Origin: Epithemia pelagica
Taxonomy: Eukaryota > Protista > Bacillariophyta
Length of the DNA stretch: 64,000 bases
NCBI GenBank assembly: GCA_946965045.2
Contig: OX337232.1
Location: 3,658,001-3,722,000, forward strand
Reading direction: 5' to 3'
In this document: piece by piece, positions 32,891 through 44,680 of the stretch
Position numbering within the stretch: position 1 is the first letter of the stretch
How the letters are laid out: each line of letters begins with the position of its first letter
Made by a program: the position numbers and the translations under genes
The notes under the pieces: model-generated
Database searches by the model: none
Seen by the model: only the letters and a program-made list of their open reading frames with translations
Told to the model about the DNA's origin: nothing

Positions 32891-34327
32891 TTAGGCGAAC
32901 CGGGCATCCCCCAAATCGTGCGGATCGCGAGACACAATGTCATCCTCGTCGTCGTCGTCTCGTCGAGTGGTATCCTCCTCTTCCTCTTCGTCAATGCGAT
33001 CATGAGCAGGCGCCATGGAATTTTTGTGATTGTTAGTGTTGCTGTTGTCGGCAATGGACGACGACGACATGTGTTGAAAGTGTTCGGTATCGGCCGTGGA
33101 AATGCTTTCATCGTCAAAAAACTGTGCTTGGGCCGGAGCCGATTGTCCCGGATTGCCTGCCGCCGGGGTCCAACCAGCACCACCATGATTGCCTGGTTGG
33201 GAGGGTGTTTGACTGCCTACGACGGAGGGTTCGGCATAGTAGCGGGGAAAGGGTTGGGCGGGCGCTTGTTGCGCTTGTGGCGGTGGTGGAATCTGGGCCG
33301 CCTTTTCTTGCGCTAGTCGTTCTTGATGTTCCTTGTCCCGTTGCAAAAAGTCATGATCTTGCGGCGGAGCATACTTGTCTTCGGGACTCATGTATTCTTG
33401 CATTTCATCGTAATTGTCATGTTGATTGACAAAGGTACCTTCTTCGTTATTGGTGGTCGGTTGGGGACGACGACGTCGTCGTCGTTGCCACGGACGACGG
33501 GGCGGACGATGGTTGTCGGCATCGACCGTTTCATCTTGCCAGGCATCTTCGTCATCGTCCTCCTCGTCGTCGTCGTCTTCATCGTCCCGGACAAATCGTT
33601 CATCTTCATGATCGTACCAGTAATCATCTTCGCGTCCACCCGGTGGAGGCATGTCGGATCGTTTGGGCGGCTGGGCCATGCTCTTGACTTGATTGGCCAA
33701 CATGAGATAGGCCATGAACGCCGATATCGCATAGCCCGTCCCATAGGAGACTTTGCAGACATTGTCTTTACAGAACCAATTGCCATACAAGAGATTGGTA
33801 AAGGCCATGCAAATACTGGCCCACAAACAGCACCACAACAACCAGCGTTCAAAGTTCCAGGGTTCACACAAAAAGCAACAACTGCCAATCAAACAGGTAA
33901 AGGTCACGAGGCCCAACAAACCACCGACAAAGGCCAAGTTGCGGGCCCATTTCAACCAAAAATCGTACATTTCGTCCACTTCCTCATCCGGATACAAGAT
34001 GCATCCACGGTAATTTTCCTCGTCGCCATAGGCCAATTCCCGAGCAATCAACCCATAACCACGCCGGGTCGTTTCAATGGGTTTCCCCGTCACCGGGTTG
34101 AGTTCGGTAATGCTGGCAAATTTGCAACTCATGATTACATACATGTTCATCCAACAGGCTCCAAAGGCCATGATCACCCCCATGACGGTATAACAGGGAC
34201 CATGAGGACAACGGCTGTCGTGTAGTATAGTAGTAGAATTGTGTAAAGGAAAATTTGGGTCGAATCGAATCCAATCAAATCCATAGGCAACGGAAACCAA
34301 AGCAAAACGTGATGGGGTAGATACCAA
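32891..34327 (-). CDS. Claudin-like four-TM membrane protein with acidic tail, paralog 2
   Basis: Closely similar to paralog 1, with the same C-terminus (DDIVSRDP.DLGDARFA*) and ~100 aa more in the cytoplasmic tail. 5' exon uncertain. Confidence 0.65.
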   Translation of the reverse strand: MVSTPSRFALVSVAYGFDWIRFDPNFPLHNSTTILHDSRCPHGPCYTVMGVIMAFGACWMNMYVIMSCKFASITELNPVTGKPIETTRRGYGLIARELAYGDEENYRGCILYPDEEVDEMYDFWLKWARNLAFVGGLLGLVTFTCLIGSCCFLCEPWNFERWLLWCCLWASICMAFTNLLYGNWFCKDNVCKVSYGTGYAISAFMAYLMLANQVKSMAQPPKRSDMPPPGGREDDYWYDHEDERFVRDDEDDDDEEDDDEDAWQDETVDADNHRPPRRPWQRRRRRRPQPTTNNEEGTFVNQHDNYDEMQEYMSPEDKYAPPQDHDFLQRDKEHQERLAQEKAAQIPPPPQAQQAPAQPFPRYYAEPSVVGSQTPSQPGNHGGAGWTPAAGNPGQSAPAQAQFFDDESISTADTEHFQHMSSSSIADNSNTNNHKNSMAPAHDRIDEEEEEDTTRRDDDDEDDIVSRDPHDLGDARFA

Positions 34328-35631
34328 GCAACCAACCAGAAATTCAATCCAGAGAGCAAGCAGAAAAGTTTACGCAAACATGTGACGGAAACGGTCAAAA
34401 TACAAGAGTAATAATAGGGTGAGAAGGGTCATGCCACCAAAACGAGAGGTTCTGCTAATACTCCAGCGGCTACATCCCAAAGCAAGCAAGCAAGAACACA
34501 CCCAACACGATAAACGAGACAACAGCGCAAAGGCAGCAGAGCTACAAGGGGAAACAAACAATCACAACAACAACTCGATCGAATCCTTGATCTGCCGTTC
34601 CACACCACAACAAAGCAACATCCCCTGCAAGAAACGAACCACAGCACAACCAACAGTGCCACTTTTCGGGAAACGTACCACAATCCCCACCAGAGACAAT
34701 CGGGCAATTTGCATCCAATCCAACAATTCAAGACACGTTTCTTGAGAAACTTGATAAATTGTCTGAACGTACAACAACAACACATGATGATGGTATCACA
34801 ACCAGAAGAATAGTCCTCCAGGACAAGAACCACCCTTGGTAACCACTAATTGCTGGGACTGTTTCACACGGTTGTTGTATCCTCCTCCTTTTCTTTGGAT
34901 GGCTCACCCAATACTTTGGGTTGCAAAGACTGCGATTCCGTGTTGTTGTTTCGTTGTTGTCGTTGTTCGTTGTTGTTGTTGCCAAAAAGAGAATGAGACA
35001 TCCAGAGATTTGTTGCGACCCTCCTTTCCAGTTTGCAAGAGACATTCCGAGTACTCCCTATCCATTCCAAAAGCATTCCCTATATAATCTCTGCTTTCCC
35101 TACAGAGGAGCAAACGGCTTGGGAGAGGTCATGGGGACGAGTCATTTTCTCCCATAAATCGACAGGACAAAACTACCATAGCTAGGTAGACTAGCAAGAG
35201 GAGTACTACCTCTACTCTCTCTGTGGGAGCTAGCATTCGACTGGCCTTGGTGAAGAAAAATGTATCACTCTTGGATATACTTTCGTCGTTTTGTTGTCAT
35301 GTAAAGGGTGTGGAGCGCACAACTCCCTCGTCCGAGCGAGAGGAGAGCAACACATTATCCTCTATCGACTGATCTGGTACTTTTCGAGTGGACCGAGAAA
35401 CCGTACTACTCCTAACTACTACAAGAAAGAAAAGGAGGAGGAGTACGTCGGATGCCTCCAAAATGCCTCTATAATTTGTTCCGAAATGATTTCTGTTTTT
35501 CCTCGAGGTAAAACTCGATGCATGACCCATAACGAGGCATGGTCTATATATATCGTAACTCTCTATAGAAGAAAAGGAGTGGATCCGTCCCAAGAAACAC
35601 ACGTCGTTGTGGACTGTTTCTGAAACTCTGC

Positions 35632-36756
35632 TCAGGGTTCCATTCCCAAATTCCCCAGACCATTGTTGTTGTCGGCGGCATTGCCATTGCCCGTTTCGTC
35701 TCCTACGAGTCCAATGGCGGTGCAGACACAGCGGGTGGTAAAGGCATTGAGAAAGGTGCGGGGTTCCAATTCGCATTCCGTCGCAATGGATTGACATGTT
35801 TGATCGTCTCGAACGACCGTGGCCACGACGACCAGCAACAAGGCCGTGGGAATGCAACACAAGATTGCAAATTGCAAAAAGGAGGCTCGTTGGACGCGAC
35901 GCAATTCACGCATCAAGACTTGCCGACGGCGTTGTTGGACGACATCCTCGTCCGTCTCATTATCAGTCGTGGTGCCACCCGGCGTGGCTTGATCCAACCA
36001 GGCCAAGGCTGTGGCACCTCGGGCCGTAATGGTTGTGGTGGTGGTTGTATTGGTATTAGACGAAGGACCCTCCAATAAAATAACAGTCAAATCATCGTCG
36101 TCGTCCGGATTCGGTTCACCCTCGTGTGCTTCTTCGTCCGGGGGAACTGTTTCCACCACGGCAGTCGTCTTCGTGTCAAAGGGTGCTGGTTCACCAGAAG
36201 GAGGAGAAGGAGTGTTATTAGGATTGGTGTCTTGTTCGGCAAAGGGTGCCTCTTCATCCCCGTCGTTGTTGTTCGTGGTGCTGTGGGAAAACGAAGGATC
36301 GAGATTGGTACCGTCCGTGTCGTCGGCAAACACCACACTGGTTGTCGTCGTCGTAGTAGTAGTAGTACTCGCCGGCACTGTGGGAGCTTCTTGGTGGGGT
36401 GTCTCCTCTGGTACGAATGGTGCCACAATTGCGTGTGACCCTGGCTGCTGCTGCGGATTGGATGGTGGTGGTACCACTGGACCACTACGGGTGGTGGTTT
36501 CGGCTGATTCTTCATCCATGGCCATTACTTTTTCTACTTCTTTTTGTGGTGGTGAAGCAGAAGGAGACGGAGGAGAAGAAGAAGCTGAATCACTCTTGTC
36601 GTTGCTTCCACTCCGAGATACCAACGATGGTTGCAGAGACGGCTCGGATGGAAATGATGGTGCGATGGGTGTTTCAGCAGCAGTAGGCATACTAGCAGAG
36701 TCGCTCGGCGGTGGATGGTCGAGAGAAGGAGGAGGAGCTGGGGAATCGTCATTCAT
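35632..36756 (-). CDS. Low-complexity protein with C-terminal TM helix and Cys-rich tail (374 aa)
   Basis: Pro/Thr/Asp-rich N-terminus, then RRQVLMRELRRVQRASF, hydrophobic LQFAILCCIPTALLLVVVATVV and CQS…CELEPRTFLNAFTTRCVCTAI. Confidence 0.65.
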   Translation of the reverse strand: MNDDSPAPPPSLDHPPPSDSASMPTAAETPIAPSFPSEPSLQPSLVSRSGSNDKSDSASSSPPSPSASPPQKEVEKVMAMDEESAETTTRSGPVVPPPSNPQQQPGSHAIVAPFVPEETPHQEAPTVPASTTTTTTTTTSVVFADDTDGTNLDPSFSHSTTNNNDGDEEAPFAEQDTNPNNTPSPPSGEPAPFDTKTTAVVETVPPDEEAHEGEPNPDDDDDLTVILLEGPSSNTNTTTTTTITARGATALAWLDQATPGGTTTDNETDEDVVQQRRRQVLMRELRRVQRASFLQFAILCCIPTALLLVVVATVVRDDQTCQSIATECELEPRTFLNAFTTRCVCTAIGLVGDETGNGNAADNNNGLGNLGMEP

Positions 36757-37231
36757 GTTGCTACAGAGCTGCTATTTAATAGATAGAGACTCTCTCTTTC
36801 CCGGTTCGTTCGTTTGGTTCTCTTGATTTTTCCGGGTAGTGTGCAATCACCAAAAACAATTGACACTATTGGATAGAGACACTCGATAGAACTGTTCTCT
36901 TGTCGATCTATGTGGTCGTTCCAAACCTTTGTCTCTTTGTCTTCTATGGTGGTTGTTGATGTGATGCTGCGTGTGTGTGTCGGATGCTTCTTTTCTTTTC
37001 TGGGACATCAACGTGGCACATAAAAAGGGTGTCCCCCCCCTTTTTTTTTCTCTCTCTTTCCCCTCAAAAAAAGCTATCCAAGCTACCTTGCTGAACCAAC
37101 ACAGGAACAATGATATATACTCCTAGTATTAGGAGTACTCCAACTCTCTCGATGGAACTATCATTTACCCGATGCAATCTATGGAGGAAACGTACCGAAC
37201 GATCCTGTGGTCCAGTCCTGATTGGTAGTAT

Positions 37232-37545
37232 AGTTCTCTCTATCATAGTAGCTATCATTCGTAGACAGTGGCAATCGGACTCGACCAATGCCAACTGAAA
37301 CACACACCAGGATCTCCCTAGGTACGACTCTATCTCACCAATATCGATATCTGTTTCTCCTCCTCCTCCTTGTATTCGATCGCTGTCGAAACATAACACA
37401 GTTACCGTTCTCTATACAAAGTAGCTATCATTCGTAGAGTGGCAATCGGCCTCGACCAATGAAAAACACATCAGGATCTAGAGGTACTACTCTTCTATCA
37501 CCAATATCGATATCTGTTTCTCCTCCTCCTCTTTTTATTCGATAC
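37232..37545. repeat. ~173-bp tandem duplication
   Basis: gctatcattcgtag…gtggcaatcgg.ctcgaccaatg…caccaatatcgatatctgtttctcctcctcctc starts at 37251 and 37424. Confidence 0.85.
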
Positions 37546-37876
37546 CTCCCTTTTGTTTGCCAGTCTCGGTTACTAGAGTCCCAGAAACGAAATAGGGCAA
37601 ACGAGAGATCCAGTGGTCCATTCTTTTGTTTGTATTATTCGTCTCTCTAGCTATTTTATAGTCGACCACAGCCCCACCAACACGAACATACCACACCCAC
37701 AACAGCATCTATACGACGTAGAGACTACAATCCATCGATTCCAGACCCCGTGTGTGGTTCTCCTTTTTCTAGTACCCCATTGGTATTTTTTTGTTTCTTC
37801 TTGGATTCCCCGCAGCTCACTTGAGAGGCGGTTCGTTGGGGGGACGTCCTTTCTGTTGACATTCAATGGATACTAC

Positions 37877-38890
37877 CTACAGGAGTACGTAGGGTACTAA
37901 ACACACGAGGGGTGCGGCAAACATGACCCATTTCAAGGTGCCTTCGGGATTGGGCGGAACCAATTGATACAAGCCGTACGTGGCCGTCATCCAGGCCGCC
38001 ACCAAGACGGCACGAGAAAAGGTCTTGTGAGCGAACCGCAACGTTTGATTCGTCTTGTCCAATCCCGTATCGGGATGCAAAAAAATGGCACCGACCAAGG
38101 CGGCTCCCACCATGCCACAAAAGACGGCCGCCCCGGCCAGGGCATGGACGGTGAGCAAATGACGACGGCCCATGTTTTCCTTGTTTTGGTAAATGACATA
38201 CAAACCACCCGCACTCAGGAAAATCGAAGCCCATCCCAACAAGGCGTGATTCTATTGTAGGTTGAAGGTTGTCATAGACCCGAAACAGGGAGAATAGGAA
38301 GAATGTTATTGATCGTTGTGTCGAGTGATAAAAAGAAAAAGAGACAAGTGTATCACCACCACCACCACCACCACCACCACCACCACCACCACCACCACCA
38401 CCACCACAATCCAAATGCCAAGGAAGAAACAGTCAGGGGTCCATGCATGCAAAACCAAACAGAATGGATATCCCAGCAGATTGGGTTGTATCATCATTTG
38501 GGGGCAAAACAAAGCAAATCACAAACGAGCGTGAAATCCCAACAGTATTGGAATGCCAAAAGAAACACAACCAATCCAACACAGCGACGGTCCGAAAACG
38601 CACACAGATTTGTGTGAGACTCGAAACCAAGAAACCATCACAACATCATGACCCCTTCATCTTCTCGAACAACACACGCAACTTGCATTCATACATACCT
38701 TGGTATTGGTATATCCACCGAGTTTTTTCAAGCCGGCCGCTCCTCCAGGTATGGTAATCATGCCGAGGGTCATCAAGAGTGGATGCCAGGAAAAAAAGCG
38801 CCAGGTTCCCGTTGGTTGCAACCCGGCATAGGAACCAGCCGCCAACCCATAGGCTACCAAAATCACCACCAAGACACGAAATTCATTCAT
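37877..38890 (-). CDS. Cytochrome b561 family protein (188 aa), 2 exons
   Basis: Exon 1 is 38890-38699, intron 38698-38252 (GTATGT…AATAG), exon 2 38251-37877. Four His in TM context: FSWHPLLM, KNHALLG, TVHALAG, FAHKTF. Confidence 0.8.
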
Positions 38891-40403
38891 GGTGGGTTTG
38901 TACGACTACCAACCACGACAAACGAGAAAAAGAGAGAGAAAGGATAATGAGGGAGAGAGGGAGAGAACGTTGTCATCCACCAAAGGCATTTGAAAACAAG
39001 TGCAATCCAACACATCACACATCACGAAACAGATAGACGCCAGTTGCAACAAAGAGTGATCGAGAGAACGAGACGCAGTAAGCACAATATGACAGACGGA
39101 TTCTTCTTGTTCTTGCTAGATTATTGACTCGGCTTCCCAAAACATAAAGCCAACCCATGCATTCGCACATACCGGTGTTCTTGTGGCCATACGGTGGCGT
39201 TGTGAGTTCCGAGGAGAAGGGGGAAGTCGTTGATCTATTACTGAAACGAATTCGGTTTGATCTTCGATGTTGTCGTCGTTTTGGGGACTGTCTCACAGGT
39301 CGTCGTTGTCGTCTGAATGAGGAGTGGACGAGGAGATACTCTACTACTTGTTGTGTTCTTGAGAGGCCTCACCGGTCGCTTTGCCATGGCGCGATCTTGT
39401 GGGGGTTCGGAAGATCGCACCGCATAAAGGTCGCGTTACACGCGCTAATCAGTCGCGTAATATCTTGCTAGCCGGTGATAGTGACAGCTCTGTAGCATTT
39501 ACTAGCTCCTCCACGAGTCTCTATCTCCTACTCCTACTACTATGGTGTTCTGCTCCTAGGAGTAACTGGAATTGAACGTGGAACCGATAGTCATCCATGA
39601 GTTCACCCTAAACCAAAAGGGTCCAATGAATCAGCACAAGGTATTGATGACGCAGTGAATGACTGCCTACCTATCGTTTTCTCCGATACGTCCTGGGATA
39701 CGATCATCCTCATCTGTGTCACTTGGTTGCGAACCAGTTCCTCGAAAGAAGAGCATATTATGGTCCCTCACTACACGAGTGCCGGATGTTTGTTGTTCTG
39801 GTTTTGCCACTCAACGCCCTGCTGATGAACGACGAGCTGCAACACAAGAAGTCGTATGTGATTGCTACCATAGGAGCTCTGCTGGGTGTCTGAGTTTTGT
39901 TTGCACTCGAGTTTTCCACACGCGCCCTCATGGAATCCTCCCACTGTGTCAGCATGCGCAGCATCGCACTCACCGCATCTCGAGAGATGTTTCTTTGGTC
40001 GGTTTGGTTGCTCCTACGACGACGACTCCTGCTTATCATAGGTCGTCGCAAGAAAAGTCAGCAGCAGCAACAACACCCTCAACGAGAGTCAAAGACATTC
40101 ACATTGTGTTGGTTTTCATCAGGACAAGAAGTAGTAGGACATGATTGTCCCTCACTGTTTGGATGCTAGGAAGGGAGATCGCAGTCATACTGGAATTGGA
40201 AGGTGGTCATGGCGCTGCCACCAGCAATCGTATTCTTGTGTAGTATATGGGAGTCGTTGGTTTGCTGGTATAGGACGATGCAGTTGCTTGGTATTGTAGA
40301 TGGTCATCCACACCGAAAGCTCTTATAGCACTCCTTGGGATCTGAGCACACAATCTTGAACGTTATAGTAGGCATCAGTCTAATCCGGGAACAAACACAA
40401 TAG

Positions 40404-40590
40404 CAAATTACGTGTGTGATACCAAGTGAAAAACTAAAATAGTGAGCATTAAGCTATGCGTCCCTCATGGGTTAGCTACTCGCCCAAAACTCGCTTAATA
40501 TCAGTCGCCTTTCTTGGTCCCCTCACAATTGCTATGTCGGACCATCACGATATAGTCACATTTTGCCAACTTCAGAATATCACATCAACA
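40404..40590 (-). repeat. 3' LTR of the copia element
   Basis: Starts TGTTGATG on the minus strand right after the PPT. Its distal 113 bp are shared with the 5' LTR. Confidence 0.75.
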
Positions 40591-40696
40591 TATATCTTCT
40601 TCCATCTCCTCCACACCTGCTTCTGAGCGCCCCTGTATGGCGTGCAGGACGTACCCAGTCCCCTTGGTCGGGCGGGAAACGTACTCCGGGGTTGCA

Positions 40697-43600
40697 TTAG
40701 AACAGAATCATTTGTGCCAACCTTGTTCGTTCCGGACCAGTCTGAATCTTAGTAAGCAAGTCCGCTAGATTCGTCTTGGAAGGCTCAAACGCAATCTTGC
40801 ATGTCCCATTGGCAACGTTCTCACGTACAAAGTGATACGCAACTGAATTGGACTTCTTGCGCAATGTCGATTCTGGTAAGGAACTGTTGTAGACGACCGA
40901 CATGTTGTCTACTCTCACGTGTGCATGTCCGTCCAAAGGAATGCCCATCATTCTCAATTTGTACCGTAATCCTTTCAGCATCTCCACACCAACCTTGAGA
41001 GCCATAAATTCAGAACCAAAAGTCGAAGTTTCGACACTGGTTTGCTTCTTGCTGTACCATGAGATCGGTGCTCTATTCAAATAGATAAGCACTCCTGTTC
41101 TGGATCGTCGTGTCAAGAGATCACCTGCATGGTCAGAGTCGACAAAGACCGTCATCTGGACAGCCTTGCCTAAAGGTTCGGGTGCATCTGGAGGTACTTC
41201 TTCCGTGGCTCCAGGATAGAAGCCTGACCAGTCGCTTGTCGGTTCATCACCAAGTTCAATATACGACGGGTCCATGATCAACCGTGAACGCTCATGTAGC
41301 TTGAGGTATGCAAAGAGGTGCAGCATTGCCTCCACATGACCTTCTCTGGGGCCGGCTAAAAATCCAGCCAACATTGAAACCTCTGCAGCGATGTCAATCC
41401 GTCCCAATTCAACTAGCCAACGGAGTACGCCCATCTGCTGCTGGTAGAATGACATTAATTCAGGATCACAATATGGGGTTGTGTCCAACTCAGGACGATA
41501 GCCACTGGGCAAGACACTTGGAGCTCGCGTTTTCAGTTTACGATCTCGGTCTTCCAGCCATGATACAACATTCGTTATGGCAGCCTTTGCATATTTCTCA
41601 GAACTCAACGCCCAACATCGCTGTGAAGCGTCGTTATTGATATCAAATGTTTGTACCTGGGATCCCAAATAATACTTCGGAACGCCAATCGAATCCGGTT
41701 TCAGTAAGTAATGGTGATCCAGCATTGTGAGTGACTCCTTTGGTTTGTGAGAGATGATCAATATATCGTCTGTATAGACGAATAGCATTTCATAATAACG
41801 CTCTCCATTGCCTTTCGTCGCTTTCCTCAAATAGCAGTCAGGATCCGCACGGCATGGGAAATAGCCCAAGTCTTCTTGTAGGGTCGTGGACAGGAGATCA
41901 CGCCACGCGTAGGCGCTAGTCTTTAGGCCGTAGAGTGCCTTTGTTATAATCGCAATCCGACCTTGGTACTCGGTGCCGAATTCCAAACCACAGCTTGTGC
42001 AGACCTTTTCAAGGCATGGAGCATTAAGGTATGCACCAGCAATATCAGCCGCTTGAATCTCCAATCCATTTAGAGCCGCTAGCATAAATCCAATACGCAC
42101 ACTTTCACGACTGACTACGCTTGCGTATGTGGGCGCCTCAGGCTCTTCAGTTTTGTGTCCTCCGGCCACATATCTGGCCTTTCGGGTGAAATCCATCTTG
42201 ACATCAAAGACGATGTGACAAGGGATTACCTGATACCCCACTGGTTCATTTACGCCGTCGTCCAAGATATTGACAGCAGGAAAAATCTTCGACATCTCCA
42301 GTTTCAAAGCTTTTCGCCAATAGTCCGTGCCAGTTTCACGATCAATTTGGAGTGCTCGTTCTACTGTTTTGGGGACCTCAATGCCGTATTTTTGGGATTG
42401 ACGCATATATCTTGTCATCTTGGCGGCTTTGATCAGCCTCGTTCTCCTTCGGAGGGTGAATGGTACCCACCATGCGAATGCTGGTTGTTTCTCGATCTTG
42501 TTCGCAACCGCATACTCAGCGACTTCAATTGGATACGACTCCTTGAGATCCTTCAAGGCTTCCCAACTTGAAGAGCCATCTTTCCATTGCACGCATAAGG
42601 ACCATCCTCTAGTCTTCTTCTTCTTATGCTTGCGACCATTCAATTCGAATTCTCCCTCTGAGAGAGGAACAGCCGTTTTATCAGACTTGTGATCTGTGAT
42701 CTCTTCAACCATTCGATATAGATTGCCCTCATCATCGAGCTGTTCGTAAATATTTTCAGCTATAATGTTGGCAGCATAGGATTGCACATGGCCATCGTCG
42801 AATTCGACTTCGTAAAGTGTTGTGTCCAAGTATGGATTGGACGATGCGTGTCCGAGGACTCGACCTTCCGCGTCTCGTTTCCGTCTCCGAACAGTCCCCT
42901 TTCGTTGATCATCACCTAGGGGCAACATGACTTTTGCAGAGATGAGTTTATCGTATGCATCTGGTGCATAATCATCTGCTTCCGGCATGCGTACGTCCGG
43001 CTGCTCGTCGTCTTCATAAGCTTCGAACGTGGGTGTATCCGCATCATGGTCATCATCTGCCTCGATCAGAATACCCGCCATTCTGTCACCAAGGGCCGCT
43101 TGTAAATTTTCCATATATGTGGTTTGTTGTGCTTTGTGAGCATCATCCATTTGTAGATCTCTGTTGATTGGCCAGACAGAAGTGCGATGCACGATCTTGC
43201 CCTTTTCGGTCAGGACTTTTGCGCACATTGCCTGGCCCACAGTATGACTTGGACCCAACCAGCGTCCGAGTTTACGTCCCTCAAAACCAGGGTTACTATA
43301 CCACACAAAATCAAACCATCGATGCTCCACCAAATGGGAAATGTCTGGAGTATCTCCAGTGAGTTGCTGAATGGGCGGACCGTTGACATTACTTCAAAAG
43401 CTCGTATGGGAGCGTCGCTCCGCCATCAGCATGAGACAGTGGTCCCAGAGTACTGCTGGCGCATTGCTGCGTCTCATTTCTCTGCGGTAGAGGCGCTTTA
43501 ATTCTCGAATATTGGCCTCAGCCAGGTTTTGGTTGGGCGTCCATGCTTCCACTGGTTTTATCCGGCACCCGTACTTGTGAGCTACCTTCCGAAATTCTTG

Positions 43601-44674
43601 CGAGGTTAGTTCTGGTGCATTGTCTGGAATAATATGGTTGAAGATGCCATAGCTGTCAAAGACAGCTGGCAATGTTGTCGGTGCTTCACTTTTCTTTCTC
43701 ATAGGGATAAAATGCACCCAACCAAAGTCCGTAGCGAATATTTGCCCGCATGTATTTTGATCAAGAGACTTGGTCTCTGAGAACAGAGTGTCAGTGTACA
43801 CGTCTGCTCGTAATCGACGATGTCGCAATTGGTATGCGGTATGTTTCAAACGTCGACTGCCGCCTCGATCGGTGAATTCACGGACACCAAGTTGTGTCGT
43901 TTGATTGAACGTCCGTTCTCCACTGGGGAGTCCAATATTCCATCGTTGTGCCAATTCATTCGGACGTACTGTCCCCTTTCGCCTATGTCCAATGTCTGAG
44001 ACGTGGACATGGATGGCGCGATTGTTGACTCGGAGAGTCTTGGTCATTGCGAGATTGATCGTCCGCTCACGTGTTGCATTTACTACGTTCGTCTGTATCG
44101 ATTCCCTGAGTGTTCTTTCATCAACATCTGGTGTTGAGTCATTCGGTTGCCACTCGGGTCGTTCATTCGTCATATCAATACGACAGGAAGGATCGATTGA
44201 ATCAATCTCCTCCTTCGTGGGCTTGCGTGTGCGAAATTGGCTTAAGACGCCGATTAGGTCGAGAGGGATTCGCAATTCTTCCATTTCTGTATCCCTTGCA
44301 ATGATGCTGTGGGATCTTTCATTTCGGTCCCCTGGTTTCAAGTACTTCAAGGGGATATCATTGACTTCAATCCCGGCCTCCCGCATTTGATTCGGATTGA
44401 GAAGGCACTTGTCTTTTAATTGCGGCAAGTGTAGTGCTTGGTGGAAATAAAGGAGGAACGTTTGGCCAGTATCTGGATCATCATATGCCAAAACACCAGT
44501 AATGACGCTGGCCTCTTTAATCTTACCCAGACTCTCAACAAAACCACTGACATCAGCCGTATCAGTCTGATACAGAACGTAACAGTTGCCCAGACAGCAA
44601 GTGTCGGCATGACTGTCGAGCTCACACCGGATTAGGGGAACCGAAATCTCACGAGAAGTTGTTGCAGACATCAC
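40697..44674 (-). CDS. pol: Copia pol (protease, integrase, RT, RNase H) with one in-frame TGA at 43394-43396
   Basis: PR: CELDSHADTCC. IN: VYTDTLFS, IIPDNAPE, NLAEANIRELK. RT: DIAGAYL, KALYGLK, YTDDIL. RH: VFVDSDHAGD, RVDNMSV. The frame continues through the TGA (HTSF*SNVNGPPIQQLTGDTPDISH). Confidence 0.9.
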
Positions 44675-44680
44675 ATTGTG

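Noticed and set aside
39000-40400. Possible gene interrupted by the copia element
   Set aside because: All frames contain frequent stops and no motif could be recognised.
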